A stretch of DNA of 25,558 nt. It comes from Cyanophora paradoxa CCMP329. Lineage: Eukaryota; Plantae; Glaucophyta. The number at the start of each line of letters is the position of its first letter. The stretch's first letter is position 1. The notes beneath the pieces are model-generated. The model was not told the origin of the DNA. It searched no databases and worked only from the letters and a program-made list of their open reading frames with translations. Position numbers and translations under genes: made by a program. Below are positions 1 to 9,599 of this stretch, piece by piece. The stretch spans positions 1 through 25,558 of the forward strand of contig QPMI01000554.1 in NCBI GenBank assembly GCA_004431415.1, given 5' to 3'.

Positions 1-830
1 TACGGCCCCACCGAACCGTTCGATGTCGAGTGCGGGCTTCCCCAGGGGGGTACGGAATCGCCTATCCACTGGCTCATCTTTTACGATGTCTTCCTTACGG
101 CCCTGCGCGAAGTCAGCGCGGCGGAGGGTACAACATACCGCATGGGGCCCGGGATCGCACCTCGCCCGGCCCCCCGCCAGCTCACCGCCTCCGGGCTCAA
201 CCTCCCCGACGTTGACTCGCCAGGGCAGGCCTACGCGACGACACCGTGCTCATCAGCTCGTCCGCGCGGGGGGTACAACTGCATGCGGACCTGGTATCGG
301 AATTCTTCTGGATCCACGATATCGCCCTGAACGCGAAGAAGACTGAGTTCACTTATAACAACGTATCTCCCGAGCCCAAACCGCCCCTCCTTGGCCCGCC
401 CGGGGCTAAGGAGCGTGCGCACCACGTCCTGCCCCCGACGAAGCCCTTCAAGCTCCTGGGGGTCTGGTTTACCGCGGACCTAAATTGGAGGCATCAGTTC
501 GAAGCGGTCTACACGATGGCGCAGACCGCCTGCGCGATCCTAAAGAAAAAGAAGCTCACCGCAAAGGAAGCAGTGTACATCGTGAACAGCGTACTCATCC
601 CGCGCATCACGTACGCCTGCAAGGTTGTCGCGTACACCGAGCGCCAGTGCGCCCAGATAGATACCCTGTGGATGACGCTAGTCAAGCATCAGGCGCGCCT
701 CCGCCGCTCGGCGCCCAACGCCCTAATATGGAGCCGCGGATTCTATGGGCTGAAGCGCCTGGCAGACGAGCAGCTCGCCATACACGTCCTAGACGAAACA
801 ATCCGCGCGAACCACCCGACGCTTCGCCGT
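1..830 (+). CDS. Non-LTR reverse transcriptase, C-terminal half and thumb (frameshift at ~237)
   Basis: Frame 1 from base 1 reads YGPTEPFDVECGLPQGGTESPIHWLIFYD...GQAYA; frame 3 continues DDTVLIS...IALNAKKT...FKLLGVWF...NSVLIPRITY. These are LINE RT motifs (PQG..SP, YADD, LNxxKT, LGV). Confidence 0.92.
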
Positions 831-2031
831 ATCTCCTCCACCGCGTGTTCGCGGCGCAGGAAAAGCTATGCCTTCCTCTCCCCCGTACTGCTATCCGAAC
901 CTAGATCCAGGCCCGGCCCTCCGGCGCGATCATCTAGCCCTCGCTATAGCCCGAAATATGAATGCGGAGGGCTACATCCTCGACTCGGGAAGGTCGCACC
1001 TGACTCCGGCCCTCCCGCATCCTCGACTCGAACGAAGATTCGTCCTCACTACGCTTCTACCGCCAGCCCTCCTCCGCAGCGCCGCGCCGTTCCTGTGGGA
1101 ACACGATCTGCTGACGGCGGCGGACATCACGGGCCCGGACGGGCGCACCGTTCTGGACTGGGCGAGCCTCTGGGGCAGCGGCCGCGTCCGCCAGCGTCTC
1201 GGCCGGGCGCCGTCGTGGTTCCCAGACTTCCTCCGCGCAATCTGCGAGCCCGTCCGCCGAGGAAGCTCCCACGCTCCCTGCGCTTCCCCATGCACGTGCT
1301 CAAGCAGGGGGCGCGGCGCCAGCAGACGCTTTTCGAAGCGAACCTGATGAGCCCGCCGTACGTGGAGGGACAGTTCGCCTGGCACCCGCAGGGCTACCTG
1401 ACGCGCATCGTTAGCAAATGGGAGGAGCGCGATGAAGACGATGGGCGCCTCCGCGTGTACGTCCGCCTGGAACATTGGATCTGGCGCGACCGCACGATCC
1501 GCGACGGCGACGGGAGGGCGCCGCCCGATTCTACAAGTGCACGATGCTCAAAGATGAGTGCGATGCGCGGTACACGACGGACGATGCGACAGCCAAGGCG
1601 GCGCGCCAGCGCTGCGACCACTCTGAGCCGGAGTCAGGCGCCTGCCAGTGGACCGAGGACTCTATCCACATTCACCCGGCCCGCCTCCTCGAGCTAATCA
1701 CCCCGGCGACCCGCACGCGGAAGCACGAACCGTACGCGGTTGTGAAGCTAGAGAGTCAGGAGTGGTGGACCGAGTTCCGCACGACGCTCTTCCTTCCTCC
1801 GTGGGAACGCGATTGGGATTACGAAGCGGATCCCTCCGCGCAGCCCCAGCCGCCGTCGGGCTACAAGCAACGCCGCCCGGTACAGTGCCACCGCGCACCG
1901 CACCGCCTGTATACCCGGATCGCCAGCCTCTCGAGCACTTTCTCATCGACCCGGAGCCCCTAGCCGACCCGTTCTGGAACCTCGTAGCCCAGGAGCTTCG
2001 CCGCGAGGAGCTCCCCGCTGCCCGGCCCCCG

Positions 2032-3060
2032 AGAGTGGCGGCGACCGATGCCAGCACAACGGGGTTCGGATCCGAGGCGGCGCTAACGGCTTACGCGGGT
2101 GTCTGGACCCGGGACCACGAGCAGAACGCGGCGCACTCCCCAGCGGATCGGCAGCGGGAAGCCCAGCGCCGCAGCGAAGGTATACAGCTGAAAAACCAGC
2201 TGCTGCGTGAAGCCGATGCATGCGCAGAAGATGACGCCCCACAGGCGGCGGCCCTGCGGGAGCTCGCCGAAGCCATCCCCACGGACGGCAGCGACTTCTT
2301 TGTCGCCCCGTGCCCGGGCACTGTCAACAACAACAAAGGCGAGCTCCTCGCCGTCCTCACGGCCTTCTTAAAGTCGCCCGAGGGCTGCACAGTTAAGACA
2401 GACAGCTCGACGGCGATGTCACTCATCCGCCGCTCTGTCCTGCACCGCGCTGACTCGACGGTCCGCAGCGGCCTTCGCACCAACTTCTCGCACCATCTGC
2501 GAGCGGCTGCAGAAGTCCATCAGCACCGCAGAGCCCTCGCCGCCGCCGCCGGAAGGCCACCCGCCGAGGTCCGCGTACAGAAGGTGAAGGCGCATCAGAA
2601 AGAGTACACTGACCGGCCTGCGCCTGTCGCCCCGGCAGAGCCCGAGACGGACAGCGATGCGGACGACTCCGGATCGTACGTGTCCTACCTCTCCGCCCCG
2701 GACGACCTCCCCCCGAGCCCTCTGACGCCGAGCTTATCGCCAAATTCGGCGAGGGACAAGGGGTGTACGCCGGGCGCCCGAACCCGCTTTCGGGCGCTTA
2801 TAACTACCTGTCCGAGCACATCCGTGCGCGCACTGCTCACCTCCGCCGCCGCGAGACTCGACGCATTCTCCACCAGATCGAACGTCAGACCCGCAAGGCG
2901 CGCCGGGAGGAACGCCAGCGCCGTCGAGACGCGCTCGCGGCTCTCGGGCCCCACGTTCCCGCCCTCGCCGGCCTCCCGATCGCCCAACGCATGGAGAGGG
3001 TACTGAATGATGCGTACGACCGGGATAACCACCGAGCCGACCGCCTCGCCGCAGCGGCGC
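2032..3060 (+). CDS. RNase H domain of the retrotransposon polyprotein (frameshifted, with insertions)
   Basis: VAATDAS (~2044), GELLAV (~2338), VKTDS (~2398) and KVKAH (2581) in ORF 1648..3006; NHRADRLA (3027) in ORF 2763..4166. The D-E-D-(H)-D set is complete. Confidence 0.85.
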
Positions 3061-3589
3061 TCGCCCTGCACCCCTGCGCCCCGTTCTCCAAGGTCTGCAG
3101 CGATGGCCACGGCCTCAATGCCTGGGCTGACGTCGAGAGCGCCACCTGGCAGGCAGATCCCGCAGTCGCATCCGACCCCGCCGTCTCGGCTGCCGCAAAA
3201 CGTGCATGGCTAGCACGGCGTGAGCCCCTCTTTCCCCCCGGCGGGTTCGAGTTCGTCCTCCTCTTCTCACCCCCCCGCAGGAGCCTGGAGGGGTACGACT
3301 CCAGCAGAGCGTACCGCGTCGAGTCCGACCCCCGGGCCCACGTCCGCGCCGTCTGCGAAATGCGTAACTTCGTGCGGCTGACGTCGCTTGAATCCTCGTG
3401 GCTCGGCGCCCCGGCCGACCGGGCACGGCTCGCGCGCGAATTCCGTAAGCAAGGCGCCTCCCGCGACGCGTCAGCCCCGTTCAATGCCCGCCTTGCGCAG
3501 CTCACCAAATTCAGCATGGAACTCGCGCCCCTCCTACCTGTCCGTGCCCGCGATGCCCCACACCTCTACGGCAACATCAACCCGCAAGG

Positions 3590-4235
3590 CCTGTGCGTAC
3601 GCCCTGGGTGCGCTCGCGTCGCCGACGCCTCCGGCGGCCCCATCCCGGCACCCCCCTGGGCACCGAGGCGCGACCCAGGAGCCGCCGCAACCGCAGACCG
3701 CGACCCCCCGCCGGCGCTCCACAGCGCGAGTCAACCCGAGACCCACGACCACGCCTTCGGCCTTTGTTCGGCATCGCAAGCGGCCCGGCTCGCTATGCAA
3801 TCCAAGATTTACAACCTCCTCCACACAACGATCACCACGCAGAGACTAAAGTCGGCCGCAACGAGGTACGAGCTCCCGGACGGCCTGAAGTCGGACGGCC
3901 TGTTCCTCCGCGACCTATTTCCCGCCTTCGCCCTCGCTGACGAACGCCGCTGGCGTCAGACCGTGCACGAACGCTCGCGACCCGGGCCTGTACCCCCCAC
4001 CTCCGTGCCTGTCTCTACGGCTCCCCTCCCGCTGGCTGACTCACGGACAGGCCCTTTTCACCGACCTCTCGCACGACTCGCCCCGCCTGTCCGTCCGGCT
4101 GCTCCTCCCCCGCAGTCTGGTCCCGGCCCTCGAGTACCTTCATGTCCGCGCCCCCGCTGCTCGTAAATGCGCGAACGGGATCTTTGATGTACTTGTGACT
4201 GGGCTCCAGGAGATTTGGCAGGCGCGAAACTCGGA
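3590..4235 (+). CDS. CCHC zinc knuckle and C-terminal domain of LINE ORF2
   Basis: LCVRPGC...ETHDHAFGLC (3591-3768) and, after a frame change, LLPRSLVPALEYL...GLQEIWQARN (IWxxRN-type motif seen at the end of many non-LTR ORF2s). Confidence 0.75.
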
Positions 4236-4732
4236 CGTCCAAGCCTGGCAGCGCCGCTGTGGCCTCAAGCGTCGGACTCTGACGGCGCCCCGACCCCCGC
4301 CAGCAACAGACCCCGCGGCCCGCCGAAGAAGCCGCCGCGCCCGGGAGACACGCCCCCAGCCGGACCCGAACCCGCAGCCCGCACCCGTAGTGCCGGTCAG
4401 TAGTATTCCGGTACCCCCAAGCGTACCGGAACGCGCCCGTCTCCAGCCGACGGCAGCGCCAGCGCGCGATGCGCACTCAGCAGTAGGCCGGTCGAGCACA
4501 GACCGTCCAGCTTGCCCGCCCTCCCGCCCGACGCCCATGACCTGATGAATGTCGCCGCAGACAGCCCGCACAGCCCGCCCACGAACCCCAAAGCAACCTC
4601 GCGATCGGACGCCCCTCCCGTGAGCTCAGCCCCCAGCTTAACCCTCCACCCCCCTGAGCCCCCCAGCGCCTCACCCGCCGGAGCCCCGGCACTCACCCTT
4701 GCCGCGGCCCCGACCCGCCCGCAGCCCAGCCC

Positions 4733-6019
4733 GTGGCCCCCCTGCCGCCGTCCGAAGAGGTCCGCCTAGCGTGGGCACAGACCCGACCCGGCCCGCTAAA
4801 GCCTGCGCAGGAAGTACTCCGACAGATCTCCTCGCCGCTGCTCGGTACCTCGGGCAGCATCAACGTCACGAGGAGATCTCTCAGTCGGCTCAATGGTGAG
4901 ACCTGGTTAGACGACGAGACCGTTGTCTTCTACCTCGCCCTCCTCGCCCAACTCCCTGCCCTGGCCCGCCGTCCACTAATCTTTGACTCGCTTGAGTACC
5001 CTAACCTCTCCGCGCCAGGCCGAGGCCCCCAGCGCCTTCACAACAAGCTGGTAGCCCGCGGGGTCAGCCCGTTGGACTTCGATGTTCTGCTCTTCCCGAT
5101 CCACTCACCGGGCCACTGGACCTTCGCTGCGATCCACGTACGTGACCGTCGAGCCGAACTCTATGATGCCTACAACCTGCCAAACGCAGAGTCGGCTCGA
5201 GAGAAGCTGGCCCCGATTCTCCGCTGGCTCCAGCTCGAGCGCCGGGAACGCAACCTTCCCTCAGACGACCCCACCGCCTGGCCGCTTGCATCGGCCACCA
5301 GGTACCCCATCCCCGAACAACGGGACCGCTTCAGCTGCGGTGTAATTGTCTGTGCCCTGGCAGACGCCCTGGTCCGGGGCCAAGAAGACGCGCTCACGGA
5401 CCCCAACTCGCCCTTCGATGGCAGCAGCCGGTGCTGCGCCCACTGGCGCAGCCTCATCCTCACCCGAATCCTAGCCACAAGCCAACGGCCCCCAGCACCC
5501 GGACCCGGCCCCAGAGGTCCGCCCCAGCCCCCTCCGGCTCCGGCTCCACCCCCGCCGCCGCGAGCCCCGGACCCCCCGCCCCCCCCACGCCCCGCCCCGC
5601 CCCCCGCCTCGCCTCGCCCACCTCCGACAGGCCGACCGGAGGCGACAGGCCCTTCCTCCCGACTAGGTGCCGGCACAGCTCGACCCGGCAAGGGCCGCGG
5701 CAAAGGTCGCGGCAGAGGGACGACCGTGGCGATGCGCCCCCTCCAATCCTACTTCCGGTCCGCGGTCGGTCTCTCCCCCGTTCCCCCCGGCCCCGACTCG
5801 CAACTGCCCCCTCCCCCTCCGGACTCCCCGCCGCCCCCGCCCCCAGCGGACCCTCCGCCACCCCCGGCCCCCTCCCCTCGCCCGCCGACCGGCCCTCCAC
5901 CGTCCCCCGGCCCCGTCTCCCCCCCTTCCCCCCAGCCCCTCCCCCCACACCCCCCAGCCTCCTCCCCCTCCCCGCAGCCCAGCCCCGCTACCCCGCCGCC
6001 TCACGCGCCGCGAGCGTGA
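4733..6019 (+). CDS. Ulp1/C48 (SUMO/ubiquitin-like) cysteine protease domain followed by a Pro-rich tail; probably the frameshifted C-terminus of the retroelement polyprotein
   Basis: SLSRLNGETWLDDETVVFYL, LLFPIHSPGHWTFAAI, ELYDAY and PEQRDRFSCGVIVC give the His-Asp-Cys triad plus the oxyanion Gln of C48 proteases. Confidence 0.9.
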   Translation: MAPLPPSEEVRLAWAQTRPGPLKPAQEVLRQISSPLLGTSGSINVTRRSLSRLNGETWLDDETVVFYLALLAQLPALARRPLIFDSLEYPNLSAPGRGPQRLHNKLVARGVSPLDFDVLLFPIHSPGHWTFAAIHVRDRRAELYDAYNLPNAESAREKLAPILRWLQLERRERNLPSDDPTAWPLASATRYPIPEQRDRFSCGVIVCALADALVRGQEDALTDPNSPFDGSSRCCAHWRSLILTRILATSQRPPAPGPGPRGPPQPPPAPAPPPPPRAPDPPPPPRPAPPPASPRPPPTGRPEATGPSSRLGAGTARPGKGRGKGRGRGTTVAMRPLQSYFRSAVGLSPVPPGPDSQLPPPPPDSPPPPPPADPPPPPAPSPRPPTGPPPSPGPVSPPSPQPLPPHPPASSPSPQPSPATPPPHAPRA

Positions 6020-6300
6020 GCTGGCCGCCCTCCGTGACTCGGCCGGCTTCACCTCCGCCCGCAACAATCTTCTTGCACGTGGAGACCGCGGAGCCCGACG
6101 TGCAGGTCCGGCTGTCCCAGCCCCTGATCCACAGGACCGCCCCCCCCGGACCCCCCGCCTCGGCGAGCCTCTCTGACCCCCCACACCGCCGTCACCCGTC
6201 GAACCGCAAGACCGGCCCCCGCCCCGCCAGCCCCGCGCCCCCGCCGCCGGGCCCCCCACCACCGCCGGCACCGCCCTCGGTCCCCGCACCACCGCCCCCA
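5490..6300 (+). repeat. C-rich low-complexity region encoding poly-proline tracts
   Basis: Runs of CCC/CCG; degenerate PPPPP and PRP(P)TG repeats in translation. Confidence 0.85.
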
Positions 6301-7026
6301 TTCGAGTTTTCCGCCCGCGCGCGCCAGCTCCACCCCGAGGCACTCCCGCCCCCAGACCGATGTCCCCTCTGCCTACACCCCTGGGCCGTCACCGCCGCCT
6401 CCACCGAGCCCCGTACCCCCTTCTCTGCCCCCCAAGGTACCACCCCCTGCTCCACCGCGGCGACCTCATCCAGTCCCTCCTCATCTTCGGCCTCTCCCCG
6501 CTGGGCTACAGACCCTGAGCCCAAAGTGTGCACTCCCTGCCCGCGCGCGCCGGGCTGACGCCACGCTCGCGCTTGAGAGGCCCACTCCTGGAGGAGAGCA
6601 GGCCCCTCGGGCGTGGCCTGCCTGCCCGCGCCAGGTCCGGTCCCGCCCGCGCAGGTGCAGGCTGCCACGCCGCTGGCAGCCTGCAGGGCGGGACCCGCCG
6701 CCGGATGGGGGGCCCCAACCCCTCCCCCGGGGGCCCGCGCCCGGCGGCGCTCGCACCGCAGAGGCGGTGCGCAATAAATCCTCCGGGGCCCTGCCCCAAT
6801 AAACTCTCCGGCCCCAGCTCCCCACCCCCAACCCCACCCCCCCAATGGCCGCGCTCGCGCGGCCGCTGGGGGAGGCCCCACCGAGGGCCGCAAGAGTGGC
6901 CTTAGGGGGTAGGGCTCGCAGTAGGGAGATTCCCTCGGGGTTAGTCTAGCTGGAGACCCAATAGGGGGGAGGTAAGCTAGACTTGTCGTGTGTTTGTAGG
7001 CTTAGGCCTAGGGTAGGCAGATAGCA

Positions 7027-7431
7027 TTAGCTGTTTGTCAACTTGGGGCACCAGTCCCCTAATACACTAGGGATTACTGAAAAAAAAAAAAGCTTCTGCG
7101 TCTGGTTCTCGGTGGGCGCGAGGTCGTCCGCCGGCGCCACCGTCTTCTTCGCCCGGGGCGCCGCGGGGGGCTTCGGGACCGTAGGGGCTGCCGGTGCCTG
7201 GCTCGAGCCGGCGGCCGGGCCAGTGGCGTGGGCCACCTGCGGGCGCTGCGGCGGGGGGCTGGTCTCCCGGGCCCCCTCCTCGAGGACCCGGCGCATGAAG
7301 CGCGAGACCCGGCCGCTGCATTGCGTGCAGGAGCCGACGGCCACCTGGCGGTTGTTCTTGCTGGTACGCACCTCGACGTTGGCGAGCTTGGTGTTGGAAC
7401 GGCACTTGAAGCAGTAGTGGGCGTGCTCCAT
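7027..7431 (-). CDS. DUF5679-like zinc-ribbon protein with Pro/Ala tail; native C-terminus probably replaced at 7091 by the retroelement
   Basis: YCFKCR...VRTSKNNRQVAVGSCTQCSGRVSRF fits the DUF5679 pattern YCxKC...KNxR...GxCxxC. The ORF reads into the A tract (QKL|FFFS...). Confidence 0.8.
   Translation of the reverse strand: MEHAHYCFKCRSNTKLANVEVRTSKNNRQVAVGSCTQCSGRVSRFMRRVLEEGARETSPPPQRPQVAHATGPAAGSSQAPAAPTVPKPPAAPRAKKTVAPADDLAPTENQTQKLFFFSVIPSVLGDWCPKLTNS
7052..7091 (+). other. Retroelement 3' terminus: stem-loop plus poly(A)
   Basis: CAGT-C-CCCTA[ATACAC]TAGGG-ATT-ACTG (7052-7079) directly followed by A12. Confidence 0.7.
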
Positions 7432-7432
7432 G

Positions 7433-7600
7433 CTAGCTACGGGGATGTAAGCAGCCTTCAGAAAAAAGTGCGTAGTAGCGGACGGCGCACCGGGCGCAGC
7501 AGACGTAAACGCCCGCCTTGAGCACCCAGCCGCGCTTGGTCTGCGGCAGGCGGCAGATTTCGCAGCAGAGGGGCCTCGGCTTACGGCATGAGGATCCCAT
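7433..7600 (-). CDS. 55-aa Cys-rich protein (not in ORF track)
   Basis: MGSSCRKPRPLCCEICRLPQTKRGWVLKAGVYVCCARCAVRYYALFSEGCLHPRS*. It has two CxxC pairs, fills the gap between two genes and is preceded by ATTTCTGG. Confidence 0.6.
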   Translation of the reverse strand: MGSSCRKPRPLCCEICRLPQTKRGWVLKAGVYVCCARCAVRYYALFSEGCLHPRS

Positions 7601-7618
7601 CTGCGGGCCCTCCAGAAA

Positions 7619-8095
7619 TCACAACGGATTGAGGGCGGCGTAGAGGGCGATTAAGTAGGCGTCGCAGAGGTCGTCGAGCTTGCCGTTGCGATCCGCGATA
7701 TCGGCAAGCTCGGCGGGTACAAGGTCGCGGCACTTGTCCACGGCGCCGCGCTTGCGCTCCTTGTAGCTCGGGTTCGAGATCTTGAAGAAATGCTTGATGG
7801 CGCGCGGGCTCACGATCCGCGCACGCCCGTACAGGAGGGCGTGGAGCGTGCACTCGATGCAGCGATTAATTCCCGTCCTCTGGCCCTCGATCGCGATCTG
7901 GTCGGGAAGGCCGAAGGCGCTATGGCCGCGAGTAACCTCAACCAGGCGCGCCACAAGGCGGCCACAGCAGCGCGCAGACGGGAAGAGGGCGATCTTTTGC
8001 CAGTCGAGAATCTGGGATTCCTTTGTCTGCGGATCGAATTCGATGAGGCACCAGGCGAAATTAATGACCCCCACATCCACGCCGAGAATCTTCAT
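7619..8095 (-). CDS. RuvC-like Holliday junction resolvase (poxvirus A22 family-like)
   Basis: True start at MKILGVDVGVINFAWC (8095); IAIEGQ; YKERK..AV; KLDDLCDAYL. The catalytic D, E and DDxxD residues are present. Confidence 0.92.
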   Translation of the reverse strand: MKILGVDVGVINFAWCLIEFDPQTKESQILDWQKIALFPSARCCGRLVARLVEVTRGHSAFGLPDQIAIEGQRTGINRCIECTLHALLYGRARIVSPRAIKHFFKISNPSYKERKRGAVDKCRDLVPAELADIADRNGKLDDLCDAYLIALYAALNPL

Positions 8096-8132
8096 TCCGA
8101 GGTCACAAGAAAATCTGAATGAAGGGGGTAAA
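8096..8132. promoter_or_regulatory. Divergent promoter region (RuvC / ATPase)
   Basis: 37-nt gap carrying ATTTTCTTG on - and AATCTGA...TAAAATG on +. Confidence 0.6.
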
Positions 8133-9194
8133 ATGGCCAAGGACCCCAAGAAGCCGAAGAAGCCGAAGGCGGCCAAGCCCCAGGCCGCCCAGCCCCAGGG
8201 CACCGCCCCCGCCCCCGCCGGCCAGGCCACCGGCTCGGGCTCGGGCACCGCCCCCGCCGCCGGCGCCAGCTGCGCGATGGGCATGACGGAGGACGGCATG
8301 CAGCTCACGCCCGAGCAGGTCAACGCCTTCCTCGACAACTCGAAGACGGGCGGCATCGAGCGCATGGCCTGCCTGCCGGAACTTAAGTGGTTCGACGTGA
8401 ACACCGTGAAGTCCGACGCCACCGTCGTGTGCGTGGGCAAGCGGCGCACGGGCAAGTCCTTCTTCCTTCGCGATCTCATGTTCAACCTCTCGGGCACCTT
8501 CCCTGGGGGTATCGTGATCAGCCAGACCGATCGCCTGAACGGGTACTGGAAGCAGTACATACCCCAGCGCTTCATCTGGCCCAAGTACAACCCGGGCGTG
8601 CTCTTCCATTTATTCAGGAGGCAGCAGGCGATCATGCAGCACAACAAGTCGGAAGACGTGCTGGCGGGAAAGGAAGATCCCGTCGACCCGCGATTTTTCG
8701 TGCTGCTCGACGACGTGATTTCCGACGCGCGGCTGCGGTACGACGAGGCCCTCAACGAGCTGTTCGTGGCGGGGCGCCACTACAAAATCATGACCCTTAT
8801 CACGACGCAGTATGCCAAGGGCATCAATCCCGTCCTGCGCTCCAATACTGATCTGGCTGTCATTTTCAAGTGCTCGCAGGCGATGCAGCGCGAGGCCCTC
8901 GCAAAGGAGTGGGGCGACATCATATCCCAGCGCGCCTTCTACTACCTGCTCGATAAATACACGCAGGATAACCACTGCCTTATCATCGATTCTTCCAACA
9001 ACTCTACGAACCCTCTGGACGTCCTGTACGTCTACAAGGCCGAGGAGCCGCCCCCGTTCCGAATCGGATCCAAGGAGTACTGGGAGGGCGAAACCGTCAA
9101 CGGGGAAAATCTCGTGGGTCCGGACGACGGCACGGTGGACAAGACGCTCCTCGGCATGATAGATAATTTCAGGAAGCACCGCGGCCTCGCCTGA
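8133..9194 (+). CDS. A32-like (FtsK/HerA superfamily) genome packaging ATPase
   Basis: Walker A GKRRTGKS, Walker B VLLDD, arginine finger GRHY, sensor ITTQY; start TAAAATG at 8133. Confidence 0.95.
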   Translation: MAKDPKKPKKPKAAKPQAAQPQGTAPAPAGQATGSGSGTAPAAGASCAMGMTEDGMQLTPEQVNAFLDNSKTGGIERMACLPELKWFDVNTVKSDATVVCVGKRRTGKSFFLRDLMFNLSGTFPGGIVISQTDRLNGYWKQYIPQRFIWPKYNPGVLFHLFRRQQAIMQHNKSEDVLAGKEDPVDPRFFVLLDDVISDARLRYDEALNELFVAGRHYKIMTLITTQYAKGINPVLRSNTDLAVIFKCSQAMQREALAKEWGDIISQRAFYYLLDKYTQDNHCLIIDSSNNSTNPLDVLYVYKAEEPPPFRIGSKEYWEGETVNGENLVGPDDGTVDKTLLGMIDNFRKHRGLA

Positions 9195-9220
9195 TTTTTT
9201 CTGAGGCTACGTGCGTAACC

Positions 9221-9564
9221 ATGTCGCCCAGCGCCCACATCGCCTCCGTCTTCCGCGTCGAGTCCATCGCCTACGACTGCCTCCTGGAGGCCAGCCTTGA
9301 CCCCTCCTCGCCCTTTAACGACGGCGAGGTCAGCAGCGCCCTGGAGAGGATCTGCGACGCGCTGGAATTAATTGGGAGCGCCTGACCGCGGAGGCGGCGG
9401 ACGAGGCCGCGGCCGAGTCGCTGGGGAGCGAGGATTCCAGCTCGGAAGAGATGACAGACGAAGAGGGAGACAGGGTTATTTACGTGCGCGACCCGGACGA
9501 CTTTGCAACCTCGGAATCGAGCTCGGAAGAGGAGGAGACTGAGGACGAGGATTCCGACGCCTAG
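9221..9564 (+). CDS. Small acidic protein (probable frameshift at ~9375; not in ORF track)
   Basis: MSPSAHIASVFRVESIAYDCLLE...LELIG, then in a shifted frame ERLTAEAADEAAAESLGSEDSSSEE...EEEETEDEDSDA*. Upstream motif TTTTTTCTGAGG. Confidence 0.6.
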
Positions 9565-9599
9565 GCGCGCCCCTTAAAAATTTCCGAGGCCCCAGGAAA

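Larger units (their letters stand above)
1..7091 (+). mobile_element. Non-LTR (LINE-type) retrotransposon, 3' portion (RT - RNase H - CCHC - Ulp1), 5' end outside window
   Basis: Collinear RT, RNase H and CCHC motifs on + strand, then a TAG-rich 3' UTR, a stem-loop and a 12-nt A tract (7080-7091) where the sequence switches abruptly to a viral ORF. Confidence 0.9.

Noticed and set aside
7052-7079. Hairpin as a CRESS-like origin (GTGTATTAG on - strand)
   Set aside because: Not the NANTATTAC nonamer, and it lies on the retroelement side of the poly(A).
7619-8095. RuvC protein as a Fanzor/TnpB RNA-guided nuclease
   Set aside because: Only ~158 aa, contiguous A22-type motifs, no Zn ribbon and no room for a guide RNA; it fits a Holliday junction resolvase.
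7619-9194. Long upstream starts of ORFs 7619..8755(-) and 7782..9194(+)
   Set aside because: The extensions are mutual antisense read-through; motif-supported starts are 8095 and 8133.
9195-9202. TTTTTNT as a poxvirus early terminator
   Set aside because: The motif also occurs at divergent gene starts and is missing at convergent ends; many copies have fewer than five T.
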